From positions 248,001 through 312,000 of the forward strand of contig JASANG010001649.1 of NCBI GenBank assembly GCA_030248215.1: DNA of 64,000 bases, written 5' to 3'. This document shows positions 27,248 to 39,890 of this stretch, piece by piece. The position numbers and the translations under genes are program-made. The notes beneath the pieces were generated by a model that searched no databases, was not told the origin of the DNA, and saw nothing but the letters and a program-made list of their open reading frames with translations. Position 1 is the first letter of the stretch, and every line of letters starts with the position of its first letter. Source of the DNA: Enoplolaimus lenunculus (lineage: Eukaryota).

Positions 27248-27913
27248 TGCGGGGTTCACGTTATAACCGGAACAGTTATGGACACGTTTTGTTCCTATTA
27301 GACTATTGGATAACATTTTATCTGCTTATAGACCCTGTATTGTATTCAAAAATTCGTATTTGTCTGCTATTAACATGTGTAAGTCATTTTTGTAATTCAA
27401 TATCATATGATATTCGAGGTATTATCTGCGAATATTATATGATATATTTTCAAACCTCTGCATACTTGAGTTAACATACCCAAATTGTCCTGTTGAATAT
27501 CATATGATACTAGAATTTGAAATTTGAAATTTTGAATTATGAAGCTGTGGTTCTAAGCGATTTTGTGTCGGAAACGATTTGAAGGTTTGTATTTGATATT
27601 TAAAGCACATCTGTGCCTCTGCCGTCCAACTTTCCATTCATTTATTAGCACCCAAAAGATTACACTATACCGGTAAATTCGTTGAAATTTTGAAATATCA
27701 TATGATATTCGTATAAATGTCCCATAGTGTCACGTGACATACGGTCCCTTGTACACATTGATCATTTGAGAGCGGTGGTTTGTAAAGCTAATGTCATATG
27801 ACATTCAAGCTTTGTCGGTTGATCAGATATAAGAGCCCGAATTTTAACGTTGACGTCGAATAAACATGAGAGAAACCGTGTCCCGCGTGCCCCGGTTATA
27901 ACTTGAACCCGCA
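27248..27913. mobile_element. PIF/Harbinger-like non-autonomous element with TAA TSD
   Basis: TAA|TGCGGGGTTCACGTTATAACCGG...CCGGTTATAACTTGAACCCGCA|TAA; internal repeated palindrome TATCATATGATA. An isolated left end lies at about 14184. Confidence 0.75.
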
Positions 27914-28769
27914 TAATACTTACGTATTAGTCACAAAAACGGGTACCTACATAGCCCAGGCGAGAGGGCTTAGTGCGGTTGTGTCTTCCTATAGTATCTA
28001 ATGTAAAATAGGACCCATTTTACTGTTTCTGATTAGAAATGAGGTAATCAGTGTGCTCCTTTAAGCAGGCTGCGAATTGGCAAAAAGTATCAGGCTTAAA
28101 CGGTTCTATATATAAACGAGCCAAGCAAAAATTTAACCGGAGGGTGTGAGATTTCGGTTCTGATAAAACTGTATATTCAGCTCCACGTCCGTTAGGTACA
28201 TTTCTTGCGAATGTTCCAGTAGTCGCAATAGCGCCGCAAGTTTCCTACTTTTTATGGCTTTTAAACAGACTAAAGAAGAGCCAAGTTGTTTATATTCGTC
28301 ATTTTAAGTAAAATTTTCATATTCTGACGCATAAAATAGGAAAATCGAAAATTTGTGCGGTTTCGGGACACGCCCGTAGCCAGCTCACACCTTGCTGAGG
28401 GGGGTAGAAAAATTTCTAGGACGGGTATACATGGTTTTTTATGACTTACCAGCAATGTTGAAAATTTTCCGGGGGGGGGGGGTTAAATTCTACCACGCTG
28501 GTTCCCCATTTAATTAAGCGGTCGTCTGCATCAGGTGAAAACAAAAACTTATTGCTCCAGATTTAAGTTGTTTCACTGGCGAGTCAAGTTTAACTTCTAT
28601 GACACATGCGCTTACAACATGGGCGCATTCAGTGTAGAAAGTATAGTACCAAAAACGCGTTTAGTGATGGCACTTCAATATCCCTTGTATACATCATGCG
28701 AACATTTAGCACGAAACTTTCAAAATATGTTTAAATCTTTAAACATCAAACAGTAAAATGTATTGTAGC

Positions 28770-29165
28770 CTGGGTGTAACCGGATATCCGTTTTCGTTTT
28801 TGTTTCCGTTAAAAATCGGTATCCGTTTCCGTTTCCATTATAGACATACGGACAATTTTGCTACGGTTATGCTCAAAAATTGGTTGTAAATCACGTACAT
28901 ATCGCACTTTTTCATTATAGACATGCTGCAATTGTTTAATATGATATAAAAATTACCAAATTTATCCAAAATCTTAAATTTTTCGGTGTATCCGCTATTT
29001 TCCTTTAAACTTTTAGAAAGCTAAGTTAATATTTGCATGCCTCAATTGGGTTGGTAGAAAAATAAAACGTCTTTGAAACTTTTATCCGTTTTCCGTTTCC
29101 GTTACCGTTATTTTGATCACTATCCGTTTCCGTTTCCGTTATTTTTACTATCCGTTTACCCCCTG
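28770..29165. mobile_element. hAT-like MITE with (TTTCCG)n subterminal repeats
   Basis: CTGGGTGTAACCGGATA...TATCCGTTTACCCCCTG; flanks ATTGTAGC/TTTGCAGC. Related sequence at about 38630-39012 and 52670-53273. Confidence 0.62.
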
Positions 29166-30808
29166 TTTGCAGCATATATGTCAGAATTGTGTAAATAATA
29201 GCTCCCAAAAGAGTGAGGATGGAACATAAAACGCAACTTACACCAGCATACATTATAGGCACCGCCATAATATTAGAGTGTGCAAGTGTGCCTTTTGAAC
29301 AAAATGTGTAATAGGTAACAGTATGACACCATTACGCAACATAACTGCGTATGGGAGTCTAGAGTGGTGTATCTGAACTGCACCCCATTTTACATGTACC
29401 CGTTGACAGGCCGCATTTAATAATATCAAGAGGGGATGATACATATGTCGAGGGGGTTTGATTTAACAAACTTTGCTCACAATATTTACTACTATAAACG
29501 GATCAACTCCTGATCTTTGTGCGCACGTTCAAATATGAAATGCAGCCAATCGAACAAGTTGACTACCTAAATAAGGGGGTTGGGTAATAAATGAAACGCG
29601 CGCTGGGTACATGCTTTTCTACGCAGAATGGCCAAAGTTGCATATTCTTGTCAAAGAGTATCCTGTAATTTTGATTAGTGTTGCGCAATTACTACCATTT
29701 TTTCTACTTCCGGCCAGCCGATCATTGGCCGGCGGCCGACCAATATACAAAGAATGTTTTTTGCAGCTAAAACGTTCACCTGCAAGTTTTGCTCTTTACT
29801 TTGTTTGGAGAACTTCGAGCTGCAATTTATTCATGATAAAAAAGTAACTCACTAGTATGAATGAAGAGCCATACATTTCTCAACTTATCCATATAATTTA
29901 TTCCTTCTAAATTTGTATTTGCTTTGATTTTTTATACAGAATTTCCGAACCTAAAACAAACGAATCTGCTCTTTCGTTCACAGGCAGCTTTTCGGTTTGT
30001 TAACGTAAAAATTGAATTATATTAGCATTTGAATTTGACAATTTCTCAACATTGTTCAGTATTTTCAAATCAAAGTTTGCGAGCTTGAAGCAGTTTGGTT
30101 TGTTGGTTTGACTAGTAACAAAAACATCGGAAAACTAACCAATATACATGTAGTGTAAACTATTCTTTATATTTTGACAACCGAAAGTCTTCATTCGGCC
30201 TCGGCTGCGAAAGAACGTCGACTTTTGTCCACTAAGGCTCCAATAGAATTTTTGATGGAGGTTTCGGCAAATTCAAGGTAAAATGCAAATTTTTTACATT
30301 ATATTGTGCCATTCAATGAGTTTGTTTGTAACTTTTTAGAAATTTTTCCGTAAAGAAGCTGAAAACAATTGTCCGGCAACAGATTGTGGAAAATAGTGAA
30401 AAGTGCCAATAAAACAGTATTTCCACTATGTGCGTCATATTGCTTGACCTCAGTTCCGGATAAAGTTTCCTGCATTTTTCAAATCCGGTAACATCCTGTT
30501 CATACATCTTAGTCTGGTGGGTATTGAAACACCACATTAGATAGGACTTTTCGCTAAAAAATAGGCTTCTGACATGGCTTGCTTAATCCAACAAAAATTA
30601 CCGATATAAAACATTTTTCATTGGAAGACCTGCTAATTAAAATTGTAAAATTATAAACAGGAAATAGATTCGCTCAGGTATACAAAAGCTAACTCTTAGA
30701 TTATAAATACGCTCAAAATGCTAATAGAAAAACTGAAATTTCTGTGTGAGCACTTTCTAATCCCTTAACTGTTTTTATTGCTAAACCTGCAGTTGAGTTT
30801 TAGCGTGA

Positions 30809-30918
30809 TAGGGTAGCGCCATACTTGCCGTGCGGAGTGGTTCAGCGTTTACGGTGACGAACAGCGCTGGACGGTGACGGACGGCGCCGAACGTCATCAA
30901 AAGTATAGCGCTACTCTA
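30809..30918. mobile_element. Short MITE with ~18-bp TIRs, same family as 376-585
   Basis: TAGGGTAGCGCCATACTT / AAGTATAGCGCTACTCTA. Confidence 0.6.
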
Positions 30919-31413
30919 ATTCTCCGCATAGTTGGTTGTATTCCGTATTTGATACTTTAAAGCTGATACGTACTTAATTGCGAAATTCGTTTTTCACATC
31001 TTGTACATTTGGAAACCTCTTGGTGTTATAGCCTCATATTCTAAAAATTAGCACCCCAAATGTGGCAAGTTGGAGTCAACGTTACTTTTAAGACAGTAGC
31101 TGTAGATTACATTTATTCCTAAGCCTAAGCTAAACCTAAGCAGTGAAAAACGGTTTCCTCCTAAGCCTAAACCTAATCCGAATCTAAAATATCGTTCAAA
31201 ATCTAAGCCTGCTTTTTTACAGTTCCACCAAAAATGGGTCAACCCTAAAAATAACATTAGCCCTAGTTCTTAATTGAAAAATATAAAATCAGACTCAGAA
31301 ATTTATCGTAAGTCATGAACCAGGATAAATCAATTTGGAAATTTTATTTAAAATATTAACGTTAGGAATCAATAGAAAATTTAATTTAAAATTCAAATTA
31401 ATAATATAATATT

Positions 31414-32142
31414 ATGCGCCGGTTGCTAACTTCACAGACATTGTTATTCTTTGTTGTAACAGCTCTGTTAATCGCGAACGGTAATGCGCTTCAACATTGT
31501 TTTCGTACTTGCCATTTAGTTTACGGCACGCCATACGTTTCACCTGAGGTAAGCTGTTGTTGCTACAAATAAGATTTTTTTACGAAAAACACTGTTTCTC
31601 GTAAGGCCCTTTAATAAACTTCCAAATATGCTGTCAGTAAGCTAATATATCTACGTTCACGTAAGCTCAGTGTTCGCAAGTTCAACCTTTGAGATCTAAG
31701 TTGCACTGATAGAGGTACAATAAGTCGTGGGTTGGACATGTCTCAAGGCGTTCCACAGCATCCGAACATTCCATGTTAGCAAACTAATCAACCAATTGCT
31801 AGTGCATCTGTTGCGAAGAATTGTGCTGAATATATTTGGTATTTTACTGGTCAGCATTTCACAACTAAAGTCAACGTATGGTACAAATTGTTTGTTCAAA
31901 TTTTTTGAAATTATAGCTCGAATGATTATCGTCCCGATCGAATCAAAGACTTTATTTTTTCAAATCAATTTGTTTAGGAAATGAGTCCGTGGCGTTGTGA
32001 AATGTTCAAACAACACGCGTTCTGTATAATGTCTTGCCCGCACGGCCCTTCACACTGGGAACATATGAAAGAACTGATGGGCGAACAATTTTACGATCTC
32101 CAAGATGCATGCGTTGATACTCAAGATTTTGATTATTTGTAG
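31414..32142 (+). CDS. Small secreted Cys-rich protein of about 131 aa, or a truncated remnant of a longer one. Exons 31414-31548, 31780-31875, 31978-32142
   Basis: Exon 1 MRRLLTSQTLLFFVVTALLIANGNALQHCFRTCHLVYGTPYVSPE has a clear signal peptide and donor GAG|GTAAGC. Exon 2 QTNQPIASASVAKNCAEYIWYFTGQHFTTKVN ends at |GTATGG. Exon 3 follows TGTTTAG| and reads EMSPWRCEMFKQHAFCIMSCPHGPSHWEHMKELMGEQFYDLQDACVDTQDFDYL*. All junctions are phase 0; the exon 2 acceptor is least certain. Confidence 0.6.
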
Positions 32143-32150
32143 TGCCCTGC

Positions 32151-32326
32151 CAGGGCCGGCGCTAGGATAGCCGGGCGCATCCCGAAACAGGTCCGAGGGA
32201 TTCCCAATAAAATGTTTCACAATTCCATAAGTTCGTGGTCCGCGAAAAAAATTCATTTTGCCAAGATGGGGCCCCAAGGGTCGAGTCCTCCCAGTTGGGG
32301 TTTGGAGAGTGCTTCCGCCGGCACTG
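32151..32326. mobile_element. GC-rich hAT-like MITE inserted immediately after the TAG of the secreted-protein gene
   Basis: CAGGGCCGGCG...CGCCGGCACTG; TSD TGCCCTGC/TGTACTGC; sister copy at 46242-46418. Confidence 0.72.
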
Positions 32327-34101
32327 TGTACTGCTCACGACTTGTTCCGCAAACTTATATTTACCCATACGACTCATGGGCTAAACATGATGCGTTTGGC
32401 ACCAGCAGTGATAGGAAATCGAATATTTTTCACAATCAAAAAAGTTTCATGTTTCCTTTTTGCTAAAAAGCAGACAAGTGTGACTCGAGCGGTTACCAAT
32501 TGAGTCTTCATTCGCATTTGTGCAGTTCTAATTCTAATATCATTGTAAAAAATAAAAATTATTTTATCGCATAAACACTTTATGGCAATTACAGGAGCCT
32601 GCCAACCGTAGAACTTGAAGACTACCAAACTTGGGATTAGGCTTTGCTGGGCGGGCAAATCAGTGTCCCTGTTCCCCGAATTTAGCGTCTGAATCTGTAA
32701 TAACTGAACACGCAGTGATAACTTAAGAGTGTCCGTACCGCTACGTTTCGCTTTACGTTTGGATACAGTTGAGTTTAAAATAATTAAATATATTTGCCGA
32801 TGATGGACTTGTGAGAGTAATTTTTGTCGTTTTGTGCCCTAGTTACAAAGAAAAATCAGTATTTATTGCTCAGTATAAATCGCAATCTTCTACTCAAATG
32901 ATTTTATCTCATACACGATTACATGGCTATATTTAACTGTTTACGGATTGAAAGTACACGATTTAAACTCGAAATCATTGAAATTAACCTAGAATATGAT
33001 TGTCGCTATATATGCATGACAATATACAGGCCCGTGGCCAGCTCACCTTGCTCGGGGGGCTAAATTTCTAAAGGAGCGTGCAAGGGTTTTCGTTGACAAG
33101 CTAGGTTGAAAATCTAAGGGATAGGTGCAAAAAAATTTAAGGGGGCTGACCACGCCCAGGCTCTCCCCTCTTGGCTGCGGGCCCGCATATAACCTGTTTA
33201 CCTTATAAGTAGTGCAATAATCTAATGCATGGATACTGATACTTGAAAATTACAAGGGTAACGCACTTCTAAGTCATGTGTTTAAAATGTCTTACCCGTC
33301 ATTAACTATGGGTAGCTACGTCATGGCAGAGAAAACTGATATTTTAAGTGGAAAAGTTTATTGATCCCTATTTTGTAACTATCCTAATTTCGAATGGTGC
33401 GATATATATACTTAAAACTTTGTCCAATTGTAAAATGACCCATTTGTTGATATGTACCCTGGTTGCTGTTTGTTTGAGGCTATATCCCTGAACGGTAGAA
33501 AAGATGTCTATGAATGGCCACCAATCCTATCATTATGGTGTACTTACAGTTATTCTGTATTTTCGAATAAACAATTACTGTTGTTTTAGTTGTTTCGTCA
33601 AAGCCTGTATTGTCAAATGCATGCCGCACCTATCAATAGTTGGTGATAGCTCTTGTTACTTTTGAACTAGTGAATAGTAAAGTTCACAGTTGACCACATT
33701 TTTGGCGCTTAATTTGCCTTACGTCTGTGCCGATTATGAGATCCGCAATTTCAAGTATGTCAGATTAAAAACCTGTAACTAATCGATGATATCAGCTGAG
33801 TACGCATTTGAAAATATTGGTTCTAATGTTAGCTGTGTTGCGGAAATGTGACTTGAATCGAGCTTCGACATTAATAGACTCGAATTCCGGTCAGGTTCAA
33901 AAAATATAATGGGTAAAGTCTTAAAAGGACATGTTCCCGTTGCTCTGTGCTCACTAACGCATGGTATATCAGACACGTATGTGGAGCCACCAGCTAGCGC
34001 CGTCCGTCCTGTTCCCCACAAGCTATTTTTCAAACAATTTTTAACCCATATGGGGTCAGATTGATCCTTACATGTATGCCCTAGCGACTCTTTGGTGGCC
34101 C

Positions 34102-34275
34102 GGTCCATGTAAAGATCAGGCACGTTACGTTTTTCTGCGGACTGCAATAGAGTAAGCTTAAGCTTTAGACTATTTTAACTTTGGATGGGTCTTAGGTACA
34201 ATTTGATTTTTACGTTGTGACTTAAGGTTACGAATATGCTTATACTACTTTTACAGCCGTCTTTATATATTGGTC
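34102..34275. mobile_element. Older copy of the telomere-like GGCC MITE
   Basis: Shares ACGTTTTTCTG.GGACTGCAATAGAGTAAGCTTAAGCTTTAGACTA...AATATGCTTATACTA...TATATATTGG with the 44667 copy. Confidence 0.65.
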
Positions 34276-34401
34276 GGTAGTTCTTTGATAACATAAATTT
34301 AATTTCAAAATTGTAACAAATAGCGTTTTTAAAAAAATAATTTGTTCAACCTGAAAACGCGTACAGCCACATGTTCGTACGATATACCGATATACTTAAA
34401 T

Positions 34402-37192
34402 TTAGTCCAAATTTAAACCCATGTTTGGCATCTGATCCCACTGTTTGTTACTTTCGTTGGTGACTCGTTGGCCCACATGATAAATTGACCCAACAATTTG
34501 ACCACCTAAATGCTGAATCATATACAACCGATGATTCCAAACCGGTCGGCAGCGTTCGTAACCTTGGGGTCCAACGCAAAAATACCCCTCAACGCCGCAT
34601 TTGGTGCCCTGAGCAAACGTAGCCTCCAACCCGTTATTACAAACAAAACCGCAAGGATTATTTCGATGAATTTCGTTTACACTGGTTGAAGCGTTGTTTT
34701 GGCAAAATTGTTGTGCAACACTAATTGCTGAAATTCGTTTTTCAGGAGATTTACAGTCGTCACACAGGACAGTTGTCCAAGCTGCGCTTACAGTACGCGA
34801 ATCTGCAATTCCACGTTCGGTACAGAACGCCCCGCCGTTTGAAGGGACTGGATTGTTGCAGGGGGTGTACTGAGCAGACAGGAGGGTATAGACCCCGTCG
34901 ACGCAATATCTTTCACGATTTGCGGAAGATGTCATTAAATCGCACGTGTGTGAGTTATTGAAATAATTGATGTAGGCGGAGGGGATACATTCTGCGTTCG
35001 GTTCACCCCATTGGCCATCGTGAGATGGTGCTGGATCGAGCCATGGTTTGCATTCGCCTTCCTCTAGTAATATAGTTAGACAGAAAGTATGCGAAAAAAT
35101 GCAATCCAAATATGATAAAGAGGCAATGACCAGAAGGTTGGACCAATATTACTTTTTAGGACCGTAACATTGGATTCACCATATTCTTAAGCCCATAGCC
35201 AAGCCAAAGTGTTGAAAAAAGTGTAACCCTACGCAAGTTTAAACCTATGCTTAAGCCTAAACGTTAAAAAAGGTGTAAACCTAAGGCTAAGCGTATCCCG
35301 AAGTGTAAACCAAAACTCAAAATATAGTCTAAAATGTAAGCCTATGCTTTTTTCAGCCAAACTAGAAAACAAGACGGTCATAAAAGCAAGTGAACTTAAA
35401 CGAAACTAAGTTAGGTTCAATTCCGATACACGCAGAGAATTTTCTTTCTCATTTTTGCTATTTTCACACTGAATACTCACACTCCAGACAGCTACATTCC
35501 CTAATGTGGATTATGCGCGTAAGCTAAAGGCTTAAGCTCTCGATTTAGGGTCTAAGCTTGGGCAAAAGCTTAAACAATGGCTTTGGTTTTGGATAACTAT
35601 ATAAGTCTTTCTAAACCTTAGCTTGCATCTAACCTTTAACCTAAATGCCTGACCCAGCATTTTAGCTGTTCTTTATGGTATTCGGTTGTTCATGACACTC
35701 AGCGCGATACTTACCATCGCAAATTTTATTCTGCGCACAGACTGTGCCTGGCATTACTGAAACGGTTTGAATTCCAACCTCAGGTACAACATTTTCATAA
35801 ACCGGAAATCTACAGCTCATTCGAGAACAGTTATCCGGATAGCGGCGGTCTGAAAACGCGCACGGGTTTTTAAGGGCAGCCTGGCATTGACGAGTCAAAT
35901 ACGGGCCTACAGTCCGGTCGAAACCTTTCGGACGATCGATGGGCCCGCGAGATCTTCCTGAAAACGGGTCCCATCTGCGTCCAATAGTTTCGATGACAAT
36001 TAGCGCAACTAAAATTGCAATTGCAACGCCAACAAATATGCACAGTAGCACTGTAAGCCGCTTTTCGCCACGAACGCGTATAACTCCACCGGATTGGTGT
36101 GATTTTGGAGTCGGAGCACTACGGGCAGATGGCCACCGTGACGGATTGGCTGGCGAATTTGCGCGAGCTATTTTGCTGGGCGATGACAGGGTTTTGTAGG
36201 TTACAAGTGGAATTGGCGGTGAAGTTTCTGGTAAATTAGAAATGTCTTGACCTATAGTAGTGCCGAACTTTGCGCCCAAACATATACATCAAATAGAGAA
36301 AGAGCTTTCGCACGCTGGTGCCCATGCGGTCAAACACAAACTTTCAACATGACGAATTTTGTTGTAAACCTTTAATTTGTTTCTTAAAACTTAAATTAAG
36401 TCTGTCTTTTAGTGATGTTTTAATTTGAAAATCTTTTAACATTTGTTGAGCATGGGGGCTTCTGACACATTTAACAAGCCACTGCAAACATTACGGTCAA
36501 TGTATTGAAACGAAAAATTATCGTAGTAACCATTCAACTTATTCGAAACCGCAGTTTCGAGTGGAATCTATGTTTGAAAACAAATTCGGCAGGGCAGCTA
36601 CTCTTTCTTAGGAGAAAACTGTTGGCAAACCAGTAAAATTTTTTGTTTTGGTTTGTAGCTATTTCACGTTTTACCGTTACCCGTATGAATTCCATCATTT
36701 GACCACGTTTAAAATACGCTATAAATTCCAGTTAGTTTATTTATTGTCTCAGAGAATGTATTAGTCATTTCTGGTTTATGTCTGAGTTAATACAATAAAT
36801 ATTTACGCACCCGAGCTGATTAATTCCAGGTGAGTTGATTAGTGAACTCAAAATGAGTTCAATCAATTCAGTATTTTGAGTTCTGAAAGACCGAAATCAA
36901 ACTCTGTGATTCAACTCATTCTGAATCAGAAACCGCCCGAGATATACGTAGAAAAAAGCTCGCGAGATTGAATCCGAACGCAATTTTAGTGCTAACCCTT
37001 ATAATACAACACCTAACTTTTGGGCCTAGGCCGGAATGACACTAACGCCCGTTTCGAGTGGTCACTGCTCTGCTTGAACGCCAAATCTAGTCACTTGAGA
37101 ACGAAATCTGTTCTACCTCGTATTCCTTTGAGCTGTGCTTGCTCTTCTGTGTCAAGTACTTCGTAGTTATCATAACTGCCACTGCTTCCCAT
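34402..37192 (-). CDS. Type II membrane protein with ADAMTS-like disintegrin/Cys-rich, TSP1-like and Cys-rich modules, about 416 aa. Exons 37192-37117 (putative), 36227 (or 36251)-35715, 35063-34402
   Basis: TM segment LTVLLCIFVGVAIAILVALIVI follows basic RGEKR. Then come QCQ..C..C..C..PGTVCAQNKICD-EEGEC, DGQWG, CNNPVPSNGGAFC and GTKCG..FCVG..C. Donor GATG|GTAAGT (35715) joins acceptor CTAG| (35063) in phase 1. The putative first exon MGSSGSYDNYEVLDTEEQAQLKGIR ends in phase 1 (CGAG|GTAGAA), matching both candidate exon 2 acceptors. Confidence 0.75.
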
Positions 37193-38238
37193 CCATGTGA
37201 ACGCGGCTGTTTAACCATGCACTAATTTAAATCCTTGTTGGAATTGTTCCGAAAGACAATTTAATAACCTAAAATATGTGCTCCATAGCAGCATGATCTC
37301 AACTTGAGATAATCACAACAGAAACATATTTTATTTTAGATTTAGTTGCTCAATAAATGAGTTGCTTAGTGCGGAGGGTTTGGGAGGTGATACCACCCAT
37401 CCTGCTTAGGGTCCCTTACACTAGCTGGGGTTCATGGGGTGGCAGTCCCGCTAAAACCCAATGGAAGATAAAATTTTCTACGTGGCGGAAACGTTTCTTT
37501 TGTTGAAGAAAAGTAAAAAAGTGCAATATATTTAGGTTTATACTTAGTGTAAAATACAATATTTCATTGTAGGCTTTATGTTGGCTTCCCGCTTGGATCC
37601 GTCGCGGGATGTTTTAAACGTTTCATCCGATATTTGATTTTTTCCTGCCTCCGAAAGACAGGATTTGTTTACGGATTTGATGGCGCGTCTGCTTCCGGGA
37701 AGATGCTAACCTATATTGTATTGCCGTGCAAAAAACTAACATCCGCCAAAATTTCGAAGACGATTCTTGTGTTACAAACTGAACAAGCAGCTAAAAACCT
37801 TCAACCCAAATTCTAAATGGGTTTTTAACCACCAAGTTACGCCATTAAATATGGTTATACTTTAATCTTAAGGGTCACCGAACTTATAAAATGTTAAACT
37901 TGGACGCACCGTTAATTATAGAGAAAAATTATAAATCGCAAATATTAACCTACCAATATTCTTAAACACCATTGGTTCCAGCTGATATCTTCGTTAGTCA
38001 AGTTATCAAATTTTCAAGTATAAACAAGCCAGTGCAAACTGTTTCATTCTACATAACGAATAGTTTAAATTTAAGTTTTGAACACATAAACTCTGTAGTT
38101 AGACTTGGGACAGTTTTGAATACCGTATGACTTTAAAAACAGTAATCTTTTCAAATATTAATCTTGGTTTGAAATTGAAATTTTACCCTCTGTTTGAAAC
38201 GAAACGATTCGAAACAAATGCTCAGACTCAAGCAGGTA

Positions 38239-38448
38239 CACAGCAAAAAATGATGAGTCAAATTGACTCTCTCCGAAATAGGCTCTACGGGACTACACAA
38301 ATTGAGTCAAAATTCGACTCCGGCAGAGTCAAATACGATTCACTGAGTCGCATGTTTGACTCTGGCGGAGTCGAATTTGACTCAGTTTGTGTAGTCCCGT
38401 AGAGCCTATTTCGGAGAGAGTCAATTTGACTCACCATTTTTTGCAGTG
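38239..38448. mobile_element. Foldback (near-palindromic) MITE, TA-flanked, CAC..GTG ends
   Basis: TA|CACAGCAAAAAA...TTTTTTGCAGTG|TA; arms about 90 bp; repeated GAGTCAAATT(C)GACTC motif. Confidence 0.88.
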
Positions 38449-39280
38449 TATCTGTCATAGGAGTTAAAACGTTGAACCGATCAATCTGTTTTTAGTAAAC
38501 GGTAAACCCCGGTTTTACCTCACCACACCCATGTGAGTGTGCGATTTTATCTTAGTGGGAGGTGTGGGTATGCGGGTTTGTCTCCAGAGGAAGAGTAGAG
38601 GAATGGTTTTGCTGCAATGTGAATATCGAACAGGGTATATATACACGGGTAGTAAAAATAACGGAAACGGATAATGATCGAAATAAAAAAACGAAATCGG
38701 AAAACGAATATTGAAGTATAATAGTGTCAAAGATTTGTTATCTTTCTGCCAACACAACTGAGATGTGCTAATATTCATGCGGATTTTTGAAAATTTAAAA
38801 AAGATAGGGTTGCATCGAAATTTTTAAGAATTTTGAGTGAATTTCGTAATATTTGTTTCATTTTGAACGATTGCAGCATATCACATGAAAAATTGCTAGA
38901 TATATACGGAAATTTATAACTGATTTTGAGCATACAAATAACAGAATTTTCGGTATATATAACGGACACGGATACCGATTTTTATTCGAAACCGAAACAG
39001 ATATCCGGTTACCGAGATATGTAAATTACCTTATTGTATACGGCCATATATATTAACAAGAACGGACGAATATGCTGTGGTTTATTACAGTCTAGGTCCA
39101 GGATACTGTAATTTGTGTCTAGTCGTAGATCACAGAAATTTTGAAATTTACCAAAGAAACAACGGCATCATGTGTGTTTGCTGCAGTGCCCCGAATACGA
39201 GGCGGATTGATATTTATTTTCCCCCACCTGTACGGCCGACAATGATTCTCGCCCCTAGAATTCAACAATTAGTAAAGTAA

Positions 39281-39619
39281 CAGGATACAACGGGAGGTCT
39301 GGCACCAACTCCGGCCGAAAATAGACCTGCGGCTCCGATACAATCGTCAATTTCAGTACTGAAATTTTGCATAATTTTACAATGTTTGGTGTGTTTCGTT
39401 TCAAGTTTGGGTACAATTTTGCGGGAAAAATTGCCGAGATATCGTGAAAAGTAAGCATAAAACCAAATGATTTAACAACACATCGCAGATATTGCAAAAA
39501 CTACCAAATTGATTATCAACCTAACTACTTATTTTCGCCTCAACTCCGGCTTTATCCACGGCTTCGGAAAATTTTGTTGATCTTCGGTTCCGGTATTTTT
39601 GATTTCCCGTTGTACCCTG
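39281..39619. mobile_element. hAT-like MITE, same family as 8012
   Basis: CAGGATACAACGGGA...TCCCGTTGTACCCTG; flanks TAAAGTAA/ATAAGTAA. Confidence 0.65.
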
Positions 39620-39682
39620 ATAAGTAATATACAAACTGTCTACAGATAAATCCAATATTATTCAATGTCAGATTACATAGGA

Positions 39683-39890
39683 CACTGCAATAAAATGACG
39701 AGTCAAATTGACTCTCTGAAATAGGCTTTTCGGGACTACACAAACTGGGTCAAATTCGACTATGCAAGAGGCCAATTCGACTCACTGAGTAGCACGTTTG
39801 ACTCTGGCCGAGTCGATTTTGACTCAGTTTGTGTAGTCCCGATAAGCCTATTTCGGAGGGAGTCAATTTGACTCATAATTTTTTGCAGTG
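39683..39890. mobile_element. Foldback MITE, same family as 38239
   Basis: CACTGCAATAAAATGACGAGTCAAATTGACTCTC...GAGTCAATTTGACTCATAATTTTTTGCAGTG. Confidence 0.85.

Noticed and set aside
31606..31779. Longer exon 2 with four in-frame stops (stop-codon recoding or editing)
   Set aside because: The last TAG is itself a plausible acceptor giving a stop-free exon, and neighbouring genes terminate normally on TAA or TGA.
35150..35645. True telomere or chromosome-fusion scar
   Set aside because: The repeats are short, degenerate and intronic, and at least the first block is bounded by MITE termini.
38127..38402. Similar ORFs at 38127, 39552, 45623 and 47592 as a gene family
   Set aside because: All derive from the palindromic MITE.
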